A stretch of DNA of 64,000 nt from an uncultured Planctomycetota bacterium. GTDB lineage: Bacteria > Planctomycetota > Planctomycetia > Pirellulales > Lacipirellulaceae. The notes below the pieces were generated by a model that was not told where the DNA came from, did not search any database, and saw only the letters and a program-made list of their open reading frames with translations. Location: NCBI GenBank assembly GCA_963719315.1, contig CAVRBU010000002.1, positions 416,001 to 480,000 on the forward strand. The letters are read 5' to 3'. Positions 29,198-39,628 of this stretch are shown piece by piece; position 1 is the stretch's first letter; each line of letters begins with the position of its first letter. Position numbers and translations under genes: made by a program.

Positions 29198-30849
29198 GGC
29201 TTTTTGGCTTTATTGGGCCCCGATGGCAGGATTTCACCGCCGTAGTCGTTGCGTACCGCGCCGATCCAGGGGTCCACATCGGCTCGTTTGGCCCAGGATT
29301 CCCATTCGTGGATCAATCGCGTCGCAACTTCGGGTTCTTGGGCGAGGAGATCGTGGCGCTCGGTGCGATCGGCCTCCATGTCGTAGAGTTCCCAGGGGCC
29401 TTTGAATTTCATCACGAGCTTCCACTTGCCATCGCGGACGGCGCGGTTGCCTTCGTGCGCGAAGTAGATCGGTTTTTTGCGATCGATCGGTTTGCCCGCG
29501 ATCGCGGGGACCAGGCTCGTGCCTGCTACGGGCTGAATCGAGTGGCCATGGTATTCCGTGGGATACTTCGCGCCGCACAACTCGACGACGGTCGGCATGA
29601 TGTCGACCAAATGGCCTGGCTGCGGCTCGAGTTTGCCGTCGCGCTGGGCGTCGATGCCGGCGGGCCAGTGGACGATCAGCGGCGTGGCAATTCCACCTTC
29701 GTGCGTGAAGTGCTTGTAGCGCCAGAAGGGCGTATTGGCAAGGGTGGCCCAACATTGGCCAAGGAAGACAGTCGATTTGGGGCCGCCGGGGTTGGCGCCT
29801 TCGAGGCGGCCGCGGGGGCCGGATTCGGCGTTGCCGCCGTTGTCGCACATCAGGAGAACCACGGTGTTATCGAGCACGCCGCGTTCTTTCAATCCGGCGA
29901 TGAGCTTCCCGACGCTGTGATCCAAGCGGTCGATCATCGCGGCATAGACAGCCATGATGTTATCGAAGCGATCTTTGTCTTCGTCGCTGAGTGTATTCCA
30001 GTCGGGCACGCCTGGCGGGCGCTCGGTGAGCGGCCACTTGGCATCAACGAGGCCCATTTCGATTTGCCGCTTGTGGCGGGCTTCACGGAGCGTGTCCCAA
30101 TCGACCTTGTATTTGCCGCGGTAGCGGTCGATGTCTGCCTGCGGCACTTGCAAAGGAAAATGAACGGCGCAGTGCGGCAGATAGTAAAAGAACGGCTTCT
30201 TCGCGGCGATCGCTTCGTCGACGAACTTCAGTCCCCATTCGGTGATGAGATCAGGGCCGTACCAGTCTTTGCCGAATTTCGGATCGTCGAGTTCAAATCG
30301 CTCGCCGTTGAGGCGGATGCCGTCCTGGCGGCGTTGTTTCTGGTTCGGGAAATACAACTCGCCCACGGCCGTATTCAGGCTCCGCATGAAACCGCGCTCC
30401 CACGGCGGCGTGCCGTGCATCTGACCGAGGTGCCACTTGCCGGTCATGATCGTGAAGTAGCCGGCGTCTTGCAGCACTTCGGCCATCGTGACGCAGTCGT
30501 CGCGGAGGCGGCCCTGCGTGCCCTTGGAGTTTTTCACGACCATGTTGTCCAAGAAACCCATCCCGGCCTCGTGCGGATAAAGACCGGTGAGCAGCGCCGC
30601 CCGCGAGGGGCTGCAACGGGCCGTGTTATAAAACTGCGTGAAGCGGACGCCCCCGGCCGCGAGCTTGTCGATGTTCGGTGTGGGGACTTCGCCGCCGTAG
30701 CAGCCAAGGTCGGAGAAGCCCATGTCGTCGATGAGGATGACGACGACGCTGGGGCGCTCCTGCGACGGGGCGGCCGTGCAATAGGATTGGAAAACGATCG
30801 CGGCAGCGCACGCGAGCGCCGGCGTGAGGTGGAGTCTAAAAGTATTCAT
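29194..30849 (-). CDS. Arylsulfatase (formylglycine-dependent)
   Basis: DDMGFSD, CSPSRAALLTG (CxPxR), GKWHLG, DNG, EGGIATP. Confidence 0.95.
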   Translation of the reverse strand: MNTFRLHLTPALACAAAIVFQSYCTAAPSQERPSVVVILIDDMGFSDLGCYGGEVPTPNIDKLAAGGVRFTQFYNTARCSPSRAALLTGLYPHEAGMGFLDNMVVKNSKGTQGRLRDDCVTMAEVLQDAGYFTIMTGKWHLGQMHGTPPWERGFMRSLNTAVGELYFPNQKQRRQDGIRLNGERFELDDPKFGKDWYGPDLITEWGLKFVDEAIAAKKPFFYYLPHCAVHFPLQVPQADIDRYRGKYKVDWDTLREARHKRQIEMGLVDAKWPLTERPPGVPDWNTLSDEDKDRFDNIMAVYAAMIDRLDHSVGKLIAGLKERGVLDNTVVLLMCDNGGNAESGPRGRLEGANPGGPKSTVFLGQCWATLANTPFWRYKHFTHEGGIATPLIVHWPAGIDAQRDGKLEPQPGHLVDIMPTVVELCGAKYPTEYHGHSIQPVAGTSLVPAIAGKPIDRKKPIYFAHEGNRAVRDGKWKLVMKFKGPWELYDMEADRTERHDLLAQEPEVATRLIHEWESWAKRADVDPWIGAVRNDYGGEILPSGPNKAKKP

Positions 30850-31027
30850 TTGCCTGTTATGTGTTGAAATGTGCGTAAATACCGAACTGCGCAAAACTCG
30901 CCCCCCGGGGTTTTGCGCAGTTGCTCCGGACCGAATGACTGGTTTCCCGTGGTCGGCCAGCGACTTCAGGGTCACGGCATTCAAGTATGGCTCGCTACTG
31001 TGGCGCGCATATCACGAGCTACCCTAG

Positions 31028-31938
31028 CATAATGATCCCTACTCACAATACGATTGCATTGGTTCCGTCCTTGTCGGTGGTACCCAAGATCCATCACATC
31101 TCTCCCTGGTTCGTGTAACCTTAGGCGGCGAGCACGATCGAGACCCTAAAGCACAACAGACTCTCGAGCAGCTTTATGAGTTAATCTATCAACACAAAGG
31201 TGCACAAATTGTACTCGCAATGGACGCACCCATTCAGGCGCGTGGACGAAACCTTCCGGTTCGTGATTGCAAACTGCTAAAAGGAACGGTGGAACGTCGA
31301 GCATGCGAAAGTTACTTGGACAAACAGCGAAAACAATTTGATGTAGCAGCTGGAGGCAATGACGGCTGGCATCCAAACATTCAGCCCGGTGCGCTCTCGC
31401 GCCGCGAGTTGAAAACCTGCTGGCCGGACTGGTAGAAGCAGAGTTTGAATTGTGGACAAGTCAGAATCGTAACGCCAAGAAACTTGTAATCGAGTGCTTT
31501 CCAGCTGAAGCGATCTGGGCAGCGAAGCGGCAAAATGGTTACGCAGCGATTGCCACGGCGAAATGCACCAAAGCATATAAGAAACAAAAGGGTAGCCGCC
31601 TCACTGGCGACCAAGTAGAGAAACTGACGCGAGACGCCCTGCACGCGTTCGCCTTTCTATCCGGCGATGCACCGCACTGGAATTCACTTCTCGACACCAC
31701 GACCAAATGGATGCTGGACGATCAAGAATGGCAGATTGATGGGCGCTATCGTGGCGGCAAGCTCCTCGACAACGTCGTGGACACGATGATCTGCTTGGCA
31801 ACCGCCATTAGCTATGTACGTGGGTGTGCCCATGTTTGGCAAGACCCTGACGAAGTGGATGACGGCCACATTATCGGTCCGGGTTGTCCTAAGGGCGACC
31901 TGTGGATGGCCGCCAACAACGTCGAGAAACAGCAATAA
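31028..31938 (+). pseudogene. DUF429-like (RNase H fold) nuclease remnant, 5'-truncated and frameshifted near 31395
   Basis: IVLAMDAPI, RRACE, VIECFPAEAIW, LLDNVVDTMIC, DGHIIGP; in-frame TAG at 31025 and no N-terminal GID motif. Confidence 0.55.
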
Positions 31939-32710
31939 ATTTGGTCGACGACTTAGAGGCTTTTGGCGCGGAAGAGAGCCATTGGTTTGATGTGCGTTGA
32001 AGAAGTAATGGGGGCATCCCTGACATTGACAGTTGGCGGAGCAAACAGAGCGGGCGCAGCTCGTTGCCCCGTAAATTAACGATTTCAGAACGAATCGGAT
32101 GAATCTTTAGGTGGCCAAAAATAAGTGTGGAACTCCGTATACTATTCTGCTACGCTGCCTATCACGCTGTACCCCAGCCAACGCTCTTTGACAATCCAGC
32201 ATAGCGACTATCCTCTGTAGCCCAGGCTGCGCCTGACACGCTCGCAACACCCTTGCCGCGTATTGGATTCCGCGCGCATCTGCGTTCATCGGCGGCAAGA
32301 ATAGTCTTCCGCCGCTCGCGCCTTTTTGCCCAAAGCTGGCCGAAGGGCCGGAATAGCGTAAAACGCCGCGAAAATCGCCACATTTTCAAGGCTCGACCGC
32401 TCTGGCGAACCGCTAAATCCTGCCAGATTCCAGCTTCTTAGAAAGCAAACTCGCCCACTTTTGCACGTCCCGCGCACGCCCCAACCACTGGATTTCCAGC
32501 GGTTGGTAGCCTGAGCGCCGCGCAAAAAGGAGGACTTTTGCACGCGAAAAAAAATTTTCACGCGTCCGCACAATCGTACTCCCTTGCCGCCCAACGACTT
32601 GCGACTTCCATTGCGCGAAGCGCTCGCGCAAAACTCTCCGGGTGGACGAGTCCCGCGCTCGACGAAGCTCAGCGAAAATAGAACGCCAGTTCGTTTCCCA
32701 TTTTCCAACA

Positions 32711-32738
32711 AAAAAGCCGGGCCAGAAATGGCCCGGCT
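32711..32738 (-). terminator. Intrinsic terminator downstream of 32784-33815
   Basis: AGCCGGGCCA-TTTC-TGGCCCGGCT followed by a T-run on the minus strand. Confidence 0.75.
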
Positions 32739-32783
32739 CGCTGGTCCGACCGAGACGGCCGGGCGTATGCGGTTCAAGACTTC

Positions 32784-33815
32784 TTATTTGGACCCGCTCG
32801 TCCAGCCGATGGCGTCGATTCGAGCTTGCTCGTCGGAGATCGGGCCACGCGGCGCGGTGGAAATATGGCGGTAAGAAACTGGTTGCTCGTACACGGCGGT
32901 CCGCACCGGGGCGATGCTCCCGGTCCGGGCCGTGCGATCTTTCGGGTTGAACAACTTCGGAGCCTCGAGATAGGTCGAAGTATCGCTCTTCTTCACCTTA
33001 TACGGGTCTTCTTGGCTCGGTTCAGAAGCCGGTTCGGGTTGAACACCGTTGTCCGGCGCCGCTGAATCGGCCGGGCGATTCGTGTCGTAAGTCGGTCGCT
33101 GATCGGTAGTCGTGGGCGGCGCGGCGATGACGCCCGGCGCCGCGGTCGGTTGCGGCGCCGTACCCGCGGCGGGCGCCACAAAGGTCGGCGGCGGCGAAGA
33201 AACATTGGCCGAACAATTCGAGCAACCGCTGGGCTGCTGGTACGACACTTGGTTCACCGTTTGGCCACCCGAACAGCTCGAGCAACCGCAATTCGACGGA
33301 CAAGTTGACCCGCAAGTTTCGCAACCGCACGACGGGGCATACGACGTAACGTAGCCCGAGCCGCAACTACTGCACGATGAGCAACTGCTGCAAGGCGACG
33401 CGCACGATGAGCAAGCCGGCGCGTACGACGTGGTGTACGTGCCACACGAGCTGCAACTCGGCGCGTAACCGGCGGAGCAACTCGAACACGTGCTGCAGGG
33501 CGAGTAGGAAGCACACGTCGAGCAACTGCTGCACGATGAGCAGGCCGGCGCATAGCTCGCGGTATAGCCATAATTCGCATAGTAAGTCGGCTGATACGCG
33601 GCGACGTAGGTATTGGGCGAACCCCACAGCCGCGCGCTCGCGCGATTCCACCAATAACCGGGATACCAACCGGTGTTGACCGTTTGCACGCCGACGGGCT
33701 GATAGAACGCGGTCGTGGCTTGCCCGCAACACTGCGCACGCGCATCGACCACGAAGCACGCCGAAAACAGCAGCGCACCGGCGGCCGAGATGTAACGAAA
33801 CGATTTGTGGTTCAT
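32784..33815 (-). CDS. Secreted Cys/Ser-rich low-complexity protein
   Basis: Signal peptide ending ARA-Q, repeated CSSC/YAP motifs, Pro-rich linker, APKLFNPKDRTA tail. Confidence 0.8.
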   Translation of the reverse strand: MNHKSFRYISAAGALLFSACFVVDARAQCCGQATTAFYQPVGVQTVNTGWYPGYWWNRASARLWGSPNTYVAAYQPTYYANYGYTASYAPACSSCSSCSTCASYSPCSTCSSCSAGYAPSCSSCGTYTTSYAPACSSCASPCSSCSSCSSCGSGYVTSYAPSCGCETCGSTCPSNCGCSSCSGGQTVNQVSYQQPSGCSNCSANVSSPPPTFVAPAAGTAPQPTAAPGVIAAPPTTTDQRPTYDTNRPADSAAPDNGVQPEPASEPSQEDPYKVKKSDTSTYLEAPKLFNPKDRTARTGSIAPVRTAVYEQPVSYRHISTAPRGPISDEQARIDAIGWTSGSK

Positions 33816-34240
33816 GGTAACGCTCTTTTTACTTCCTGAGATGAGAAGGACCCTCTACCTTTTGTTTACTCACCCGCGTCGTGGAATGCAACTAGCTGCA
33901 CGCGGCGAGCACGTATTTGGTCGGGAATGCATGCTGGGCAAGCTTTGCCGTCTGGAAAAGTGGTGCGGGTCGACCCGCGACCTGACCCGCCCGTCGCCGC
34001 CCGCTGACTGCGAACTGCGGCGATGGACCGGACCCTGATGAAGTATATCCCAGGTGACGGACCGTGCTTCGTAGGTTGAATAAAAACAACATCACCGGGC
34101 AAATGATGTTCGGCGGCAACGCACCGTGGAAGCAGAATTCGCAAGATTCAGATTTTCCGTCACTGAACTTTTACGAGTTCAGCTACGCACAGTTGGAACG
34201 ACCGTTTCGCTCGGCGCCGCCGGCAAAAAGGCGGGTATTA

Positions 34241-34910
34241 TTACGTCGTTGCGGCGATCTGAGTTCGCGGCCGGCGCCGCTGCCGTTCGTGGCGATCGTA
34301 TAAATCGAAGAAGATTTCGCGCACGTTGCTGCCATGGCAAGCATGGCTAGCGGCCACGTCGTTGAGCGTGATTGGTGTGGACACCTCCGCGCCAAATCGG
34401 CGACAAGTCGCGCGATGAGCGCACGATCGGGTGCGAGACGAACGAGTGTTGGAACATCCGTTGGGGCGTGTGCTGTGACGAGCAGGCCGATCTTCGCGCG
34501 GCGGCAACAGGCGCGAGCTTCAGGCGTTCCCACCTGCCGAGTTGCTCGTAGCCATCGATCACGGCGAGCGAGCGACTGCCTTCGCACGCTTCGAAAAAAT
34601 AAGGAGGCAGCCGACGCTGACCGTCGCGCAGCGCAATCGCTATCACTCTACGTTCTGCTTCTTCGATCGCCGGCTTAAGCGACTCCAGCAAAGAAGACTT
34701 GCCGCTACCGTGCGGCCCAACAATCGCGCCCCACCAACCTTGATCCGCAAGTTTGGCGACGAGCAATTCGGCGCTCTGGCCATCCGCAAACCGAAACGGG
34801 AGCGCGCCCGGCCGCGTCCAGCACGTGGCGAATGGATTGTCGCGCCGCGATGGTGGCTGGCTGGGAGACTGGGGGTTGGGGACTGGCGACTGGGGAACAA
34901 AACACGACAT
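34241..34910 (-). CDS. P-loop NTPase-like protein (two apparent frameshifts)
   Basis: DNPFAT, GPHGSGKS, VIDGYEQL; continues in alternate frames GLLVTAH and NVREIFFDLYD. Confidence 0.65.
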
Positions 34911-35351
34911 TTACTTGCTCACCTCCGCTCCGGTTTCAAGTTCCAAGTTTTCGGCACCCAGTCCGTCTGCCGCCGCCACACTTCCCAACCGAAACGGCAG
35001 CTCCGCGATCGACTCCTGCGCTTGCGTCAAGAACAGTCTCACTCGCACACACCAACATACTTTCACAATTTGTCCGTCGTAACTCAACGGGCTGAGTGGC
35101 AACACGCTGGCGAAGCGACGCGGCACGCGCAAGTCGAGTGGCCTGGCAACATCATCCACCAGCCGTTCGAAATGATGGACCGCCATGTCCTCTTCCCCCT
35201 TCCCGGCCGTGTACCAGAGGATCGACAACTCGGCCGATCGGACGGGTCGCATCTGCGTGCCCTCCAGCATGAATCGGCCGGTGAGGCGATCGCCCGGCTG
35301 ATAATGGGCGCTGGCCGAGTCGAGCGTGATGCGAATGGTGGAAGGCGTCAT
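34911..35351 (-). CDS. Hypothetical beta-sandwich (arrestin/SpoOM-like) protein
   Basis: YQPGDRLTG, LWYTAGKGEED, LPLSPLSYDGQIVKVCWCVRV. Confidence 0.65.
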   Translation of the reverse strand: MTPSTIRITLDSASAHYQPGDRLTGRFMLEGTQMRPVRSAELSILWYTAGKGEEDMAVHHFERLVDDVARPLDLRVPRRFASVLPLSPLSYDGQIVKVCWCVRVRLFLTQAQESIAELPFRLGSVAAADGLGAENLELETGAEVSK

Positions 35352-36408
35352 TTCACCGAGGCTCCTACGATCCCGGCGAGTGGCTCGCGAGTCGACGTCG
35401 CGCGCAACGGGTAGACATAAATCGGAAAGCGACGTTCGAACTCGCCCCAACGTGCGGAGCGGCCCCGCACCACAATCGTCCAGATCACCGCGTTATGCGG
35501 CGACACGAACGAGTGCATGGCCGAGTCAGGCAGCGTTACATCAAACGTCGCCTCGAAGGCGTGTTGCGGACGAATCTCGAACTTCCGCTGGCTGAACAAA
35601 GTCGCGCGATGCACGCGACTCGTAGCGCGGCGGGTGTCGGTCCCTTGCTGGTAGATTGCTTGCTCGTCGCACACTAATTGCACTTGCAGCCACCGAACGC
35701 GCAGCCGGCCGGTTTGCGAGACGAAGCCGTGAAACGTGCCGCCCGGGTAAAACGGGTGCTGCGAGACTTCCACGCGCGTCGTGCCGATCGCGATGCCCAC
35801 CAGCAGTTGTTGCGCCAGCGCTAAAAGAGTCCATATGCCGGCCATCACGAACGGCGCCATTAGAAACGTGAGCAGCCAGTTCGGTTGACCTGCGCGATGT
35901 AGCGCGATGACCTGTACGACAAACACGACCACGAGCGTGTTCCACGTCAGGCACACGGCCGCCATCGAGAGCGAAATCCATCCCGATGCGGCATCAATCG
36001 GCAGTCGATGGGCCAGGCGCACGCCGGGGCTATCGGTCACGGCTTCGATCGGCGGCACTGTTGGCAGTCCAGGGCGGCTGAGCCGCGAGTCGGCGCCGGA
36101 AGCTCCCAATCGCTTGCCTTTTGAGCAACCGCGGATCGGCGCTCCGTCGAGGCCGCCGTTTGCCATAGCAGACGAACCAGCTCGACGAAACCGAACACAA
36201 TCAGAGCCGTCGGAATGACCATCGCGAACCAGGGCCACCAGCCGGGCTCTTCGGCGCGTTGCACGTGGTCGACCAGCCAGTACAAGCCGTACGCTCCGAG
36301 CGCCAACAGCGAGACAAACAGCAGCCCTTCCGCGACCTTGCCTGCCCAGCGTGAGCCGGTGCGGCGGCTGCCGCGTTTCTTTACCAACAATCGCGGACGA
36401 GGGAGCAT
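35348..36408 (-). CDS. Hypothetical membrane protein with C-terminal arrestin-like domain (frameshift near 36105)
   Basis: Four TM helices; C.EQAIYQQGTD, AMHSF.S.HN.V.W; ATGA overlap with next gene. Confidence 0.65.
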
Positions 36409-36509
36409 GGCTGGCGTGAGCGACGAGTGAGACCGAGATGCTCCGTCTGCGCCGGAGCTTCTCCGTTCATTGTCCCACAAACGTAGCCGTGCTAACAGCC
36501 GACGACGCC

Positions 36510-36575
36510 GTAGCGGAATTCGCAAAAATTCCGATCTTTGGCTGTGATACTCTGAACTCTTGCGAGTTCAGTTAC
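36510..36575. repeat. GTAG-family REP inverted pair
   Basis: GTAGCGGAATTCGCAAAAATTCCG ... CTGAACTCTTGCGAGTTCAGTTAC. Confidence 0.75.
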
Positions 36576-36583
36576 AACCGGGT

Positions 36584-36871
36584 TCAGCTACAGCTATGGC
36601 TCATATCTCCAATGGGCGCGTGGCCCGGCCGGAAGAAGCCGACGTTTTCGAGCGCCTTGTAAACTTCTTCCAGCGTCTTTTCGCCAAAGTTCGAGATGCT
36701 GAGCAAGTCATCGCGCGTGCAGTGGAGCAGGTCGTCCACCGTGAAGACGCCGCGTTCTTCAAGGCAATTGGTGGTTCGCACGGCGAGACCGATTTCGGCC
36801 GTACTCATCTCCAACTTGTCCCTCATGTCTTGCGAGTTCTCGTAGGCACGGTTCAGCGGGATGCGTGTCAT
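36584..36871 (-). CDS. Stand-alone RNA polymerase alpha-subunit C-terminal domain protein
   Basis: EIGLAVRTTNCLEERGVFTVDDLL..TRDDLLSISNFGEKTLEEV; GAAGGGAGG RBS. Confidence 0.88.
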   Translation of the reverse strand: MTRIPLNRAYENSQDMRDKLEMSTAEIGLAVRTTNCLEERGVFTVDDLLHCTRDDLLSISNFGEKTLEEVYKALENVGFFRPGHAPIGDMSHSCS

Positions 36872-37127
36872 GCGGGTTCCCTCCCTTCGTAAAAGAAAAC
36901 AGAATGGGCCATCGCGACGCGTTTCTGCGCACTCGGCCGCCTGCACTTCGTCGCGGAGTATACCAAGTTTCCAGGCAAGTGCGAACGATATGCGGAAAAA
37001 AATGCCAAGAAAATTCTGGGTATGCTAGCATCAGGCGCCGAGCCCACCTTCAGCATCGATCATCGAACCCATGCGACCCGTAACCATGGGGATATACGAA
37101 CGAACGCGAATGCGGAATGATGGGGAT

Positions 37128-37193
37128 GTAGCTGAAGTCGCAAAACTTCAGATGCAGTAGACAATCGCGCGGAATTCTTGCGAATTCCGCTAC
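37128..37193. repeat. GTAG-family REP inverted pair
   Basis: GTAGCTGAAGTCGCAAAACTTCAG ... CGGAATTCTTGCGAATTCCGCTAC. Confidence 0.8.
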
Positions 37194-37207
37194 GGCAGAC
37201 TTACGAC

Positions 37208-39550
37208 ATGAACCATCTGCTCGAATCCCTGACGCAGCCGCAACGCAATGCCGTGACGCATCGCGATGGTCCGCTACTGGTGCTCGCCGGCCCGGGCAGC
37301 GGCAAGACGCGGGTCATTACCCACCGCATTGCCCATCTGATTGAAGGCGGTGTGCCGCCGTCGCAGATTCTCGCCCTTACGTTTACGAACAAGGCGGCAT
37401 CGGAAATGCAGCGCCGCGTGGCCGAGTTGGCCCCCGGCAGCCGCGTGTGGCTGAGCACCTTCCACCGCTTCGGCGCCATGCTGCTGCGGCGGTATGCGGA
37501 ATACATCGGCCTTCAACCCAACTTCACGATTTACGACACGGGCGACGCACGGCAGACGATCAAACGCGTGATCGAAGCCCGCGAAATCAACACGCTCAAT
37601 TACTCGCCCGATCGGCTGCACGAAGCGATCAGTGCCGCCAAGAACAAGCTCATCACAGCCACCAAGTACGAACCCCGCAGCGGCAGCATGTTGAGCCGCA
37701 TCGTGGCCGAAGTGTATCCGGCCTATCAGGCGCGGCTCCTGGCATCGTCGGCCGTCGATTTCGACGATTTACTATTGCACGTGGCGCAGTTGCTATACGA
37801 CCATGCCGAGATTCGCGCCGAACTCGACGAACGGTATCGCTACGTGCTCGTCGACGAGTATCAGGATACGAACCGCGCGCAGTACGTGATTCTGCGGGCA
37901 CTCTCGTCCGATTATCCGAACCTGGCCGTGACGGGCGATCCCGATCAATCGATCTACGGCTGGCGCGGGGCCGATCTCAATAATATTCTCGAGTTCGAGC
38001 ACGATTACCCGAACGTGAAAATAGTGCGGTTGGAACGCAACTATCGCAGCACGAAGCACATCCTTCGCGTGGCCGATGAACTCATCGGCCACAACCTGCG
38101 CCGCAAGAAGAAGAAACTATGGACCGAAAACGACGACGGCGCGGCCGTGCGGCTGGTTGCCTACGTCGATCAAGACAAGGAAGCGGCCGACATCGCCGAG
38201 CAGATTCGCGCGGCGGTTGCGGCGGGGCGGCGCACGCCGAGCGACTTCGCGATTTTCTACCGTGTGAATGCGCTGTCGCGGTCGCTAGAGAAAGCACTGC
38301 GAACGGCCGGCGTGCCGTACCAGATGGTCCGTGGCCAGGAGTTTTATGCCCGCAAGGAAATCAAGGACGTGCTTGCATATTGCCAATTAGTCAACAACCC
38401 CCGCGACGACATAGCATTCGAGCGAACGATCAACATGCCCAGTCGCGGCATCGGGCGCAAGACGGTCGAACGGCTGACCGAACGCGCCTATCGCAACGGC
38501 CTACCGCTATTGGAAGCGGCCCGCGCGGCCTGGGATATCGAGGGTTTTTCCAAGGGCACAGCGGCGAAAGTGGCCGCGTATGTTGAGATCGTCGATCGGA
38601 TCGCCGCTGTGGTGCACGGCGACCTGGAAGAAGTCATCGGCACCGTGCTCGATGCGTCTGGATACCGTGCGTCGCTCGCCGAGAGTGACGATGAGCAGGA
38701 CCAGAACCGGCTTGCGAACATCGAAGAATTGCTGACCGACGCCCGCCAGTTCGACGAACAAAACCCCGGCGGCGGCAGGCTCGAAGAATACTTAGAGCGC
38801 TCTTGGCTGGTGAACGAGACCGATAATTGGGACACCGAGACCGACAAGACGACGCTCATGACACTTCACGCCGCGAAAGGTCTGGAGTTTCCCGTCGTGT
38901 TCATCGTCGCCGTGGAAGATGGCGTGCTGCCGCACGAGCGCATCGGCCAGCACCCCGACGAGTTGGAAGAAGAGCGCAGGCTGGCATTCGTCGGGATTAC
39001 CCGAGCGAAGGAAGAACTGCAACTTAGCTATGCCATTACACGCGACTTCCGCGGCGTGCGACGGCGGACGATTCCCAGCTCTTTCCTCATGGAGATGCCT
39101 CGCCAAGAGATGGAAGTCGTGGATGGGTCGGGCGCTCCTGATGAAACTTCGTTTGATCCGTGGAATGATGAACCGGAGGATGATGAAGGAGACGACTCAT
39201 GGGATTTTCAGTTGGACGATGTTTCCGCGGCGCCGATTGACGATGGCCTGGAATCCGTCGCAGGCTCTGTAATTTCTGGACTGAGCGTGGCTGCCGCGTC
39301 ACTGAAAACAGCGGCGACGCTCTCGCGTGAGCAGTCTGAAGAAGGCGACGCGGGCGCTGCCCTAGAACGGCCGCGGGTTTCGCCCGACGCCTTTAAACAG
39401 GGGATGACCGTCACTCATCCCGAGTACGGCCCCGGTAAGATCGTGGCCCTCTCGGGCTCGGGCAAAAACCGTCGCGCCACGATTCAATTCGCGACCGTGG
39501 GCGAAAAGAAAATCATTCTGGCGCACAGCGCGGTGCGGCCGGCACGATGA
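37208..39550 (+). CDS. pcrA: ATP-dependent DNA helicase PcrA/UvrD
   Basis: AGPGSGKT, TFTNKAA, VDEYQD, GDPDQSIYGWRGA, NYRS, TLHAAKGLEF, EERRLAFVGITRA; C-terminal Tudor-like domain. Confidence 0.95.
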   Translation: MNHLLESLTQPQRNAVTHRDGPLLVLAGPGSGKTRVITHRIAHLIEGGVPPSQILALTFTNKAASEMQRRVAELAPGSRVWLSTFHRFGAMLLRRYAEYIGLQPNFTIYDTGDARQTIKRVIEAREINTLNYSPDRLHEAISAAKNKLITATKYEPRSGSMLSRIVAEVYPAYQARLLASSAVDFDDLLLHVAQLLYDHAEIRAELDERYRYVLVDEYQDTNRAQYVILRALSSDYPNLAVTGDPDQSIYGWRGADLNNILEFEHDYPNVKIVRLERNYRSTKHILRVADELIGHNLRRKKKKLWTENDDGAAVRLVAYVDQDKEAADIAEQIRAAVAAGRRTPSDFAIFYRVNALSRSLEKALRTAGVPYQMVRGQEFYARKEIKDVLAYCQLVNNPRDDIAFERTINMPSRGIGRKTVERLTERAYRNGLPLLEAARAAWDIEGFSKGTAAKVAAYVEIVDRIAAVVHGDLEEVIGTVLDASGYRASLAESDDEQDQNRLANIEELLTDARQFDEQNPGGGRLEEYLERSWLVNETDNWDTETDKTTLMTLHAAKGLEFPVVFIVAVEDGVLPHERIGQHPDELEEERRLAFVGITRAKEELQLSYAITRDFRGVRRRTIPSSFLMEMPRQEMEVVDGSGAPDETSFDPWNDEPEDDEGDDSWDFQLDDVSAAPIDDGLESVAGSVISGLSVAAASLKTAATLSREQSEEGDAGAALERPRVSPDAFKQGMTVTHPEYGPGKIVALSGSGKNRRATIQFATVGEKKIILAHSAVRPAR

Positions 39551-39628
39551 AATGCAATTGTAGATCGCTCGCTCCGCGAGCAGGCTAGACTGCCCCCGCC
39601 TGCTTCACGGCGACCGGCGTGCAAAATG

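Noticed and set aside
29158..30867. 569-aa ORF antisense to the sulfatase
   Set aside because: Mirror-frame ORFs are expected in high-GC genes with strong codon bias; no recognisable motifs.
32784..33815. Cys-rich protein as a RiPP precursor or metallothionein system
   Set aside because: Signal-peptide-bearing Cys/Ser-rich proteins are common in planctomycetes, and no modifying enzymes are adjacent.
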